Made by a program: the position numbers and the translations under genes
The notes under the pieces: model-generated
What the model was told of the DNA's origin: nothing
The model's database searches: none
What the model saw: the letters and a program-made list of their open reading frames with translations, nothing else
Shown here: piece by piece, positions 1 through 6,500 of the stretch
Position numbering within the stretch: the first letter of the stretch is position 1
How the letters are laid out: each line of letters opens with the position of its first letter
IMG/VR virus record: IMGVR_UViG_3300044676_000970
Location: 1-25,243 of that record
DNA from: a virus
Taxonomy: Duplodnaviria > Caudoviricetes
Length of the DNA stretch: 25,243 nt
Reading direction: 5' to 3' (one strand)

Positions 1-2
1 GG

Positions 3-137
3 CTGGAGCTAGACGAAGATAGCAAGCACGCGCTTTGGATAGCTCCGTCAAAGGGTGGTGTATTCACTACCGAGGAGAGGGCGTACTTGCGCTCTAATGA
101 AGTAAACCAAGCAAGGAAGGAGATCATCAATGGATGA
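3..137 (+). CDS. 3' end of a phage protein, possibly an ssDNA-annealing/recombination protein (5'-truncated)
   Basis: Open frame read manually: LELDEDSKHALWIAPSKGGVFTTEERAYLRSNEVNQARKEIING*. The stop TGA at 135-137 overlaps the next gene's start. The function is inferred only from its position before an SSB-like gene. Confidence 0.55.
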   Translation: MELDEDSKHALWIAPSKGGVFTTEERAYLRSNEVNQARKEIING

Positions 138-387
138 CATGATTGGCGGGATTTACCCCAAACCTAAGCACGACAACGCGCCGAGCTTTGTGATCGGCAA
201 GGCAAGCATCAACGTGGCGCAGTTCCGTGAGTGGATGCAAGGCTACCTCAAGCAAAACCCTGACACCGAGTGGATCAACATGGACATGAAGGTGAGCAAG
301 GGCGGGAAGGGCTACGCAGTGATTGACAACTGGAAGCCCGAGGGCAAATCTGAGAGCAAGAAATCAAGCGAGGATATTCCATTTTGA
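130..387 (+). CDS. small ssDNA-binding-like protein
   Basis: SD AAGGAG lies upstream. The 85-aa product has a low-complexity linker and ends in the acidic SSB-type tip EDIPF. Confidence 0.65.
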   Translation: MDDMIGGIYPKPKHDNAPSFVIGKASINVAQFREWMQGYLKQNPDTEWINMDMKVSKGGKGYAVIDNWKPEGKSESKKSSEDIPF

Positions 388-587
388 ACTTAGGTAATCG
401 ACTCCGTGAGGAGCAACAACGGCAAGGGTTAAGCAGTGTGGAACTGGCGCGGCGTGTAAACAAAGCGCCGCAACACATTAGCCGCTGGCGCAAGCAAACA
501 GATATGCGCGTCAGTACAGCTATGGCAATATCCGAAGCCTTGGGGATGAGCTTGTCTGAGTTCGTCGAAGAAAAAAGCCCCCGTTAG
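384..587 (+). CDS. XRE/Cro-like helix-turn-helix regulator
   Basis: LREEQQRQGLSSVELARRVNKAPQHISRWR...AISEALGMSLSEF is a typical HTH_3 pattern. The TTG start overlaps the previous TGA. Confidence 0.85.
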   Translation: MNLGNRLREEQQRQGLSSVELARRVNKAPQHISRWRKQTDMRVSTAMAISEALGMSLSEFVEEKSPR

Positions 588-593
588 GGGGCT
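571..593 (-). terminator. intrinsic terminator on the minus strand
   Basis: Hairpin AGCCCCC-GTTA-GGGGGCT (576-593) has an A-run at 571-576 on its left, which reads as a U-tract on the minus strand. On the + strand it is followed by AAAA, not a U-tract. Confidence 0.75.
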
Positions 594-623
594 AAAAGGG
601 AGGGTGCAACCGAGGGGATTGCA
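571..623 (-). ncRNA. candidate ~50-55 nt OOP-like antisense sRNA
   Basis: It is bounded by the minus-strand promoter and terminator above and overlaps the 3' end of the HTH gene, just upstream of the replication genes. Ends are approximate. Confidence 0.45.
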
Positions 624-629
624 CCAGTA

Positions 630-658
630 ATTATACAGACTGGGGGGTTTTATGTCTG
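630..658 (-). promoter_or_regulatory. putative minus-strand sigma70 promoter
   Basis: The minus strand reads CAGACA (658-653), a 17-nt spacer, then TATAAT (635-630). Confidence 0.55.
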
Positions 659-1149
659 CAAAGCAGATTCTTGACCGTTTAAGTAAATACCGAGCTGTTG
701 GAGATAACGTGTGGATGGCCTGCTGTCCTGCCCATAACGATGGCTCGCCATCTTTGAAAATCACAGAGCTTGCTGATGAGCGGGTGTTAATCAACTGTCA
801 CGCAGGGTGCGGGGCGTTAGATGTTTTGACCGCTGTTGGCCTTGGCTGGGATGCCGTGATGCCGCCAGGAGAGCATTACAAGTCCGTAGACCATCGCAGG
901 AGCGACAAGCTAGACGACTTTGTTGTTGAGCTTGCTGAGGATGCCAAGCGGCACAAGCGGCCTCTCAGTCAGGCCGACAAGGAGCGTTACAAGCTGGCAC
1001 TGAAGCGAGGCGGCAGGGCTAATGGTTTCGCACAGAACGTCCGTGAGGAAGCCAGCAAGCCGCTACCAAGTGACGGTCTAAAGGATATGGATGACCGTGA
1101 GTGGGTGGCCTTGATGACTGAGGCCGACTACCGACTACGCAACGCATGA
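652..1149 (+). CDS. stand-alone primase-type zinc-binding (CHC2-like) domain protein
   Basis: WMACCPAHNDGSPSLKI...VLINCHAGC matches the C-P-x-H-x-D-x-x-P-S...C-x-x-x-C pattern. No TOPRIM domain is evident in 165 aa. Confidence 0.75.
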   Translation: MSAKQILDRLSKYRAVGDNVWMACCPAHNDGSPSLKITELADERVLINCHAGCGALDVLTAVGLGWDAVMPPGEHYKSVDHRRSDKLDDFVVELAEDAKRHKRPLSQADKERYKLALKRGGRANGFAQNVREEASKPLPSDGLKDMDDREWVALMTEADYRLRNA

Positions 1150-1772
1150 GCATTGCCGCAATCAACTGGGCGCTTAACCATGTGAGCGGGATCACTAGCA
1201 CTCAAAAAGCCATTCTCATTGCCCTGGCTGATCGTGCCAATGAGGACAACCGGTGCTGGCCGTCTTATGAGGACATCTGCTCACGGAGTTGTGCCACTCG
1301 GCACGCTGTCGCTAATGCCTTGAGGCACTTCGAGGCTATTGGTTTAATTCGCAAGACTCGCAGATATAACAAGTCTACGATCTATGAACTGGTTATTAGT
1401 GCGGAAATCAACACCAGTGCCAGTAGTGTAGAAATCAACATTGCTAGTAGTGAGGGAATCTGCACCGCTAGTAGTGTAGAAACCGACACTCTAACCATCA
1501 ATGAACCATCAAAAGAACCACCAAAGAGAAAACATGGTCGCTTTACGCCGCCGGAGGGTGTGGCGATAGAGCCGTGGAAGGACTGGGTGGCATATCGTAA
1601 AAAGTTCAAGGCACCCACTACAGACCGCTCGCTTTTGTTAGTGGCAAACAAGCTGAAGGACTTTACAGAGGAGGAACAAAGACAAGCCATAGACATGGCG
1701 ATAGAGTGCGGGTGGAAATCTGTTTTTCCAAAAAAACAAACACAAGACGCTGAGGGTGATTTTGAGATATGA
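1146..1772 (+). CDS. phage replication initiator (lambda O-like, N-terminal winged HTH)
   Basis: N-terminal KAILIALADRANEDNRCWPSYEDI...ALRHFEAIGLI, a central repeat linker (iterons), and a C-terminal WKDWVAYRK...AIDMAIECGWKSVF domain. It lies directly upstream of the helicase. Confidence 0.85.
   Translation: MSIAAINWALNHVSGITSTQKAILIALADRANEDNRCWPSYEDICSRSCATRHAVANALRHFEAIGLIRKTRRYNKSTIYELVISAEINTSASSVEINIASSEGICTASSVETDTLTINEPSKEPPKRKHGRFTPPEGVAIEPWKDWVAYRKKFKAPTTDRSLLLVANKLKDFTEEEQRQAIDMAIECGWKSVFPKKQTQDAEGDFEI
1397..1489. repeat. four 18-bp iteron-like direct repeats (putative replication origin)
   Basis: TAGTGCGGAAATCAACAC (1397-1414), TAGTGTAGAAATCAACAT (1424-1441), TAGTGAGGGAATCTGCAC (1448-1465) and TAGTGTAGAAACCGACAC (1472-1489), spaced 27/24/24 bp. 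An A-rich tract follows at ~1493-1533. Confidence 0.8.
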
Positions 1773-2716
1773 ACATACCGAGAAAAGAGGTTGAGGACTT
1801 CACGGATACAGACTTGCGGGAAATCTACGCGCAGGTCGAGGACGTTGATGTTGTCAGCATCGACGCATTTGAGGAGCAGTTTCTTGCACGGCTAGAGGAA
1901 AGCCCCACCACCACGGGGATCGGGTTCCCATGGCCCCAAACCCACGATCAAGTCAGGCTTAGGCTAGGCGAAGTCTCGCTAGTAGCAGGGGTGAACGGCC
2001 ACAAGAAAAGCACAGTCTTGAGCCAGATACTTTTATGGGCGGCCAAAGAAGTCAAGGTTGGGCTTGCGTCCTTTGAGATGGACATTGAGGACACGGCCAA
2101 GCTCATGGCGAAGCAGAGCGCGGCAATAGAGAACCCAAGCAGGGAGTTTGGCAAACGGTTTGCGGCGTGGATGACTGACCGCTTCTACTGGTACAGAGTC
2201 CTGGGCGGTGTCAGTCCGATCCAGTGTCTAGGTGCAATCGTGGCGATGGCACGGCGTGGCTGTAAGGTAATAGCAATCGACAACCTGCAATTCACTGGCG
2301 TCACGGAAGATGCCGAGCGAGAGCGGTTGTTTTTCAATCAGCTAATCGGGCTGGCGTCTGCCATGAAAATCCACATTTGTATTATTCACCATGTCAGAAA
2401 GCCGCCAACGGGGGGTGACGAATATGTGCCGACACGCTTCGATGTTAGGGGGTCTAGCTCGCTGGTAGATCAGGTGCATTTGCTGATGATTGTATGGCAC
2501 AACAAGCGGCGCTCACGGATTAAGCAAAAGCAAGAGTACGGCATGACGCTGACACCTAAGGAGCAAGAGGTTATCAACGTGGAGCCTGATCTAAAGCTCA
2601 TCGTGGCGAAGCAGAGGAAGGCACCCTTTGAGGGGACTATCCGGCTTTATGAATCTAAAGGTCAGGCGTTTAGACACGGCGAACACGGCAAGACGCCGAA
2701 AATGGAGTGGATATGA
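1769..2716 (+). CDS. SF4 (DnaB/T7 gp4-like) replicative helicase, mostly the RecA-like domain
   Basis: Motifs: Walker A-like AGVNGHKKST, H1a ASFEM, Walker B IAIDNL, H3 IIHHVRK, H4 DVRGSSSLVD, and arginine finger KQR. Confidence 0.9.
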   Translation: MNIPRKEVEDFTDTDLREIYAQVEDVDVVSIDAFEEQFLARLEESPTTTGIGFPWPQTHDQVRLRLGEVSLVAGVNGHKKSTVLSQILLWAAKEVKVGLASFEMDIEDTAKLMAKQSAAIENPSREFGKRFAAWMTDRFYWYRVLGGVSPIQCLGAIVAMARRGCKVIAIDNLQFTGVTEDAERERLFFNQLIGLASAMKIHICIIHHVRKPPTGGDEYVPTRFDVRGSSSLVDQVHLLMIVWHNKRRSRIKQKQEYGMTLTPKEQEVINVEPDLKLIVAKQRKAPFEGTIRLYESKGQAFRHGEHGKTPKMEWI

Positions 2717-2925
2717 GTAGCTGGGATCATCAGGTGGGCGGCAATCACTACAAGCAGTTCAAGATTCAGCCCTTAGAGTACGCGCTAGAGAACGGACTGG
2801 GCATCTGCGAACACGCGGTCATTAAGTATGTCTCAAGGTGGAAGGACAAAGGCGGCGTTGAGGATTTGCGGAAGGCAAAACACTACATTGATTTACTAAT
2901 TGAAAGGGAGATTACCGATGGATAA
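2713..2925 (+). CDS. DUF3310 family protein (T7 gp1.7 nucleotide kinase/SaV-related)
   Basis: QVGGNHY...IQPLEY...VIKYVSRWKDKGGVEDLRKAKHYIDLLIE signature. The start is placed at the ATGA overlap at 2713. Confidence 0.85.
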   Translation: MSSWDHQVGGNHYKQFKIQPLEYALENGLGICEHAVIKYVSRWKDKGGVEDLRKAKHYIDLLIEREITDG

Positions 2926-2986
2926 CGAAGCATATTGGGCGCTCGCTTTTGTTGTTGTTCTGAGCATTGGCGCTTTAATTTTCTAA
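2918..2986 (+). CDS. 22-aa single-transmembrane micropeptide (not in the ORF track)
   Basis: MDNEAYWALAFVVVLSIGALIF*. SD AGGGAG at 2905-2910; the ORF fills the gap between its neighbours. Confidence 0.6.
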   Translation: MDNEAYWALAFVVVLSIGALIF

Positions 2987-2995
2987 GGAGGTTTC

Positions 2996-3157
2996 ATGCA
3001 ATGTTCATGCGGTGGCGCGACACAAACAAGGACGGAAGTCAAAGGCGGTGAAGTCATTACAGAGTACGAAAGGTGCATAGCGTGCGGCAGGGTGTGCATA
3101 ACCTGGCAGGCTCCTAAGCAAGAGGAAACACCTGTTTGGGATGAGCCTGGTGAGTGA
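2996..3157 (+). CDS. 53-aa Zn-ribbon-like protein (not in the ORF track)
   Basis: MQCSCGGATQTRTEVKGGEVITEYERCIACGRVCITWQAPKQEETPVWDEPGE*. A strong SD AAGGAGG lies upstream; pattern CxC...CxxC. Confidence 0.7.
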   Translation: MQCSCGGATQTRTEVKGGEVITEYERCIACGRVCITWQAPKQEETPVWDEPGE

Positions 3158-3590
3158 GTTCTGGTTAGTCAGAAACAAGCAGGAGCTTGAGCAAAGACTA
3201 GACTTTTTCAAGCAATGGCTTGAGCGCGAATGGAATTGGGAGGATGCCGTCCAGTGGAAGGTGTCACGCTTCATCCCGAAAAGGTCGCTATCTCAGAACG
3301 CACTGTTTCATTTGTGGTGCAGGGAGATGGCGGCACACTTCAGCGCCAGAGGTGCAGAAGTTACTGAAGAAAAGATGAAAATGCTGTTAAAATACAAGTT
3401 CTTGGGGACTGAATCTATAACAATCAACAACACAGTCATCAAGGATCAGGTAAAGGAAACGAGCGGGTTAGACCGAGGCGAAATGATGCACTTTATGGAT
3501 CAAGTGCAGGACTGGGCGCTAGATCACGATGTTTACCTAACTTGCCCAGAAGACTCAGAGTATATGAGGCTGAATCAAAAAGGGGGCTAA
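3141..3590 (+). CDS. ninB: NinB/Orf-like recombination mediator protein
   Basis: KRSLSQNALFHLWCREMA...TSGLDRGEMMHFMDQVQDWA motifs, in a nin-region context. The start could be GTG at 3150. Confidence 0.7.
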   Translation: MSLVSEFWLVRNKQELEQRLDFFKQWLEREWNWEDAVQWKVSRFIPKRSLSQNALFHLWCREMAAHFSARGAEVTEEKMKMLLKYKFLGTESITINNTVIKDQVKETSGLDRGEMMHFMDQVQDWALDHDVYLTCPEDSEYMRLNQKGG

Positions 3591-3591
3591 A

Positions 3592-4776
3592 GTGGATCAT
3601 CCCTTGCTGGAGTTCTGCGACACAGAGAAGCAACGCCAGGTCATTGAGCTTTGCATGGTTCAGGGCAAGTCTCAATATGAGGCCGCTGAGATTTTGGACG
3701 TGAGCCGTAGTGCCATCAAGCACCATGTCAAAATCGTTAAGCAAAAGGCCGCAAGGCGCGGATTAAGCCCTGAGCATGATATGACTAAGCCCGTCCCTGA
3801 CGGGTTTGTTGTTTCTGGCGTATCCACCTACTACAACGATGACGGCGTTGCTACTGGTCAGTGGGTCAAGTCCAAGCTGTCAGAAGAAAACAGGCTTCAG
3901 GCGCTCAATGAAGCGATCAAAGAGGCCGTCTCTGACTACGAAGGCAAGGCCAAGCCAACCAAGCTAAACAAGCGCAAGGCGCACGCAGGCGATGTACTGG
4001 TGGCGATCCCAATAGGCGACCCCCATATTGGGATGTACGCATGGTCAGAGGAGACGGGCGAGAACTTCGACACTGAGATCGCTCGTGACGATTTACTGAA
4101 CGCTTCACGGAAATTACTAGACGCTACTCCGCACGCTGAGAAGGCGCTGATCTGCAACTTGGGCGACTTTTTCCACGCCGATAACCAGAGCAACCAGACA
4201 AGCCGAAGCAAGCACGCCCTGGATGTCGATAGCAGGTGGAGCCGCGTCCTCAAATTGGGGTGCATGATTATGGTGGACATGATCCACCTAGCACTCAGAA
4301 AGTATCCCGAGGTTGAGGTTATCAATGCCATAGGTAATCACGACGACCATAGCTCAGTGATGCTGTCGGCGTTCTTGGCGGCCTACTTTACAAACGAGCC
4401 ACGGGTTAAAATTCACCCTACGGTGTCGAAGTTTAACTATGTGCAGTTTGGTAAATGCCTGATTGGCGTCACCCACGGGGACACGGTTAAGCACGCGGAC
4501 TTGGGCGAGCTAATGGCTACGGACAGGGCAGAACAGTGGGGCGCTACAGAGCACCGGATGTGGTTTGTAGGTCATATTCACCATTCACGGAAAACAGAGC
4601 TGAGGGGGTGTACGGTGGAATCGTTCAGAACTCTCGCCGCCAAGGATGCGTGGCACGCCGCCAAGGGCTATCGATCAGGCCGAGACATAACGGCACTGGT
4701 ACTGCACAAGGACTTCGGAGAAGTGGCGCGGTATCGGTGCGACATTCGCATGGCTAGATGGGGCAGCTCAGAGTGA
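3592..4776 (+). CDS. N-terminal HTH fused to a calcineurin-like metallophosphoesterase
   Basis: HTH: SQYEAAEILDVSRSAIKHHV. All five metallophosphoesterase motifs are present: GDPH, GDFFH, GNHD, THGD and GHIHH. Confidence 0.85.
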   Translation: MDHPLLEFCDTEKQRQVIELCMVQGKSQYEAAEILDVSRSAIKHHVKIVKQKAARRGLSPEHDMTKPVPDGFVVSGVSTYYNDDGVATGQWVKSKLSEENRLQALNEAIKEAVSDYEGKAKPTKLNKRKAHAGDVLVAIPIGDPHIGMYAWSEETGENFDTEIARDDLLNASRKLLDATPHAEKALICNLGDFFHADNQSNQTSRSKHALDVDSRWSRVLKLGCMIMVDMIHLALRKYPEVEVINAIGNHDDHSSVMLSAFLAAYFTNEPRVKIHPTVSKFNYVQFGKCLIGVTHGDTVKHADLGELMATDRAEQWGATEHRMWFVGHIHHSRKTELRGCTVESFRTLAAKDAWHAAKGYRSGRDITALVLHKDFGEVARYRCDIRMARWGSSE

Positions 4777-5021
4777 TGCTTATTGCCGCAGAACTTCCAA
4801 AAGACAAGGGCTTAGTGGTGTTCCTGCCAGCTACGATTGGCGGGTGCATTTCCGATATAACCGACAAAAACCACACGGTCGTTTATACCGACACGTTTCC
4901 AGATGGCGTCACGGTAGCGATGCCTGTTAGTGATTTCGTGGAGGCTTGGCAGACGGCGCTTTTTTTTGAAGAAAATGAAATTGAATTTACTCCAGAAACT
5001 GTGTCAGAAGTGCAACACTGA
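4776..5021 (+). CDS. hypothetical protein
   Basis: ORF track gives 4758..5021; the start is moved to the TGATG overlap at 4776. Acidic C-terminus. Confidence 0.6.
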   Translation: MLIAAELPKDKGLVVFLPATIGGCISDITDKNHTVVYTDTFPDGVTVAMPVSDFVEAWQTALFFEENEIEFTPETVSEVQH

Positions 5022-5154
5022 AACCCTGCCGATCTTCCTTGAGGAGATAGGCGGCAGGCTTCACGGTTGGTTTTGTATTCACTGTCAATTTTTTGACAAG
5101 GCGATAGGCCGAGAGAGAAGGTTTACCAAGGAACACGCGAACGATGGCGGTTAA
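4975..5154 (+). CDS. small Zn-finger protein
   Basis: MKLNLLQKLCQKC...WFCIHC (CxxC...CxxC). The in-frame ATG at 4975 is used instead of 4930. Confidence 0.6.
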   Translation: MKLNLLQKLCQKCNTETLPIFLEEIGGRLHGWFCIHCQFFDKAIGRERRFTKEHANDGG

Positions 5155-5527
5155 GCGCGACTCAGCAGATATTTGGTTTAGCAAGGCGGTACGGGCTAGG
5201 GATGGCGAGTGCGTAGTCTGCGGCAAGCAGGAGACACTGGAGTGCTGTCACATTTACGGGCGGCGCAACAAGGCCGTCAGGTGGTCAATGGATAACGCTA
5301 TCACGATGTGCCATTACCATCACCGCTGGACGACAGAGAACCCGCTGGAGATGGCAAGACTTTGTGAGCAGTTGCTAGGCGCAGGCCACATGGAGATATT
5401 GAGAGAAAAGAGTCTTGCGATATTTAAGACAACCCGCCAGGTACGGGCAGAGATAGGCAAGCATTACAGGCTAGAGGTCAGGCAGAAAGAGATTGACCCT
5501 GATTATGAGATTATAAGCTACAACTAG
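5144..5527 (+). CDS. ninG: NinG/Rap-like HNH endonuclease (junction resolvase)
   Basis: ADIWFSKAVRARDGECVVCG...CCHIYGRR...RWSMDNAITMCHYHH matches the NinG-type His-Me finger pattern. Confidence 0.8.
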   Translation: MAVKRDSADIWFSKAVRARDGECVVCGKQETLECCHIYGRRNKAVRWSMDNAITMCHYHHRWTTENPLEMARLCEQLLGAGHMEILREKSLAIFKTTRQVRAEIGKHYRLEVRQKEIDPDYEIISYN

Positions 5528-5585
5528 GTTATAGCGAACGATTATAACTGTAGGCGTTGATTATGGGGGTGTGTTGGTTTACCTT
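5528..5585 (+). promoter_or_regulatory. sigma70-type promoter with an upstream palindrome
   Basis: TTGATT (5557-5562), a 17-nt spacer, then TACCTT (5580-5585). Inverted repeat GTTATA-N9-TATAAC at 5528-5548; SD AGGAGG downstream. Confidence 0.5.
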
Positions 5586-5606
5586 TGCCCGTAGGAGGAT
5601 GCAGTT

Positions 5607-5819
5607 ATGTCATACGAACCACTAGACAACAAGCTGTTAGACACGTTTGTAAGCCAGAAGTATCACTGGAAGTCGCTAAACCATGAGCAACAGATGGCGA
5701 TGGCGATTGAGGTAATCAAGCACAGATATTTAGAAAAGCAGTACCTTGAGTTTATTGACATAGTTCTGGGCGACAAAGAAGCGCTCAGAAAATACAGGGA
5801 GTTAATAACCGATGAGTGA
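5607..5819 (+). CDS. hypothetical protein
   Basis: 70-aa ORF with SD AGGAGG; it overlaps the next gene. Confidence 0.7.
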   Translation: MSYEPLDNKLLDTFVSQKYHWKSLNHEQQMAMAIEVIKHRYLEKQYLEFIDIVLGDKEALRKYRELITDE

Positions 5820-5997
5820 TTTAGGAATAGCAGGAGGGTGCGCGTTTATCGCGTTATGTGCATTGGTGGGAATGTCCGGTGACTATGAAGATCACAAACA
5901 AATGGACGCTCACTATTGCGACATGGTGCAAATGCACAAAGACTCTGGGGGAGAAAACGGATGGCCTGACTATGAAAACAAAGCGGCTTCCTGTTAA
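5812..5997 (+). CDS. small protein with an N-terminal hydrophobic anchor/signal
   Basis: LGIAGGCAFIALCALVGM hydrophobic stretch followed by YCDMV...GWPDY...C; SD GGGAG upstream. Confidence 0.65.
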   Translation: MSDLGIAGGCAFIALCALVGMSGDYEDHKQMDAHYCDMVQMHKDSGGENGWPDYENKAASC

Positions 5998-6172
5998 GTA
6001 TAGATTGAGCATCCAGCAAGTAGCAGAGGCTATAGAGATGCTTGATCAGGGCGTTACCTTTGGAAACGTAGCGATTGAGTTGGATGTACACAGAAGCACG
6101 CTGGCTAGATACATAAGAGGTGCGGAGATGTATGGGTATAGCTTTTGGAGTCGTAATCCAAGTCTGAATTAG
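5972..6172 (+). CDS. small HTH DNA-binding protein (Hin/resolvase-like HTH), possible late regulator
   Basis: GVTFGNVAIELDVHRSTLARYI HTH. The start is moved from 5858 to the in-frame ATG at 5972. Confidence 0.65.
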   Translation: MKTKRLPVKYRLSIQQVAEAIEMLDQGVTFGNVAIELDVHRSTLARYIRGAEMYGYSFWSRNPSLN

Positions 6173-6177
6173 CCCTC

Positions 6178-6281
6178 GCTCCTAAACGGTGAGCTGTGGC
6201 ATCGTAAGATTAAATGGTTATGCGTTGAGGGTTGATGTATTTATGGCGCTAATTTAATCAACCACGGCCCCTTCTGTTTTC
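6178..6281 (+). ncRNA. candidate structured RNA element (extended rod hairpin followed by a pyrimidine tract)
   Basis: Nested helices: GCTGTGG 6193-6199/CCACGGC 6262-6268, GATTAAAT 6208-6215/ATTTAATC 6252-6259, and ATGCGTTGA 6220-6228/TTGATGTAT 6232-6240 (with G-U pairs). It lies in one of the few long intergenic gaps. Confidence 0.45.
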
Positions 6282-6290
6282 TGATAACCT
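6282..6290 (+). promoter_or_regulatory. extended -10 promoter predicted to give a leaderless mRNA
   Basis: TG-A-TAACCT, then 6 nt, then the ATG at 6297, which has no SD. Confidence 0.45.
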
Positions 6291-6296
6291 ATTAGT

Positions 6297-6500
6297 ATGA
6301 GACAGATCGCAGTTATAGACTGGAAAGCTATAAGCACTGGCGAGATGCCTAATGAGGAGGGCACCTACTTGGTGGCCTTTGATGACGGCACAGTGGAGTC
6401 CTTTCCAATGGATACCGACGATCTAGTAACTGGGCAAATCAGAGCAGGAGCGGCACGCGGCGAGTATTGGGCCAACCCAATCCCGCACCCCAATGCGTAA
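6297..6500 (+). CDS. DUF551/Eaa-like small protein
   Basis: WKAISTGEMPNEEGTYLVAFDDG...YWANPIPHP resembles the W-x-x-x-S-x-x-x-MP...YLV...W-x-x-P pattern. Confidence 0.55.
   Translation: MRQIAVIDWKAISTGEMPNEEGTYLVAFDDGTVESFPMDTDDLVTGQIRAGAARGEYWANPIPHPNA

Noticed and set aside
1397-1489. Regularly spaced repeats as a possible mini-CRISPR array
   Set aside because: The 18-bp degenerate repeats have only 6-9 bp between them, lie in frame inside the initiator gene and have no cas genes nearby; iterons fit far better.
5812-5997. Small hydrophobic Cys-containing protein as a holin/spanin (lysis cassette)
   Set aside because: There is no adjacent endolysin, no clear lipobox after a basic n-region and no i-spanin partner; the lysis genes are presumably outside the window.
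6173-6281. Possible tRNA in the intergenic gap
   Set aside because: There is no T-loop GTTCRA, D-loop consensus or cloverleaf/CCA arrangement; it is kept only as an unclassified structured element.
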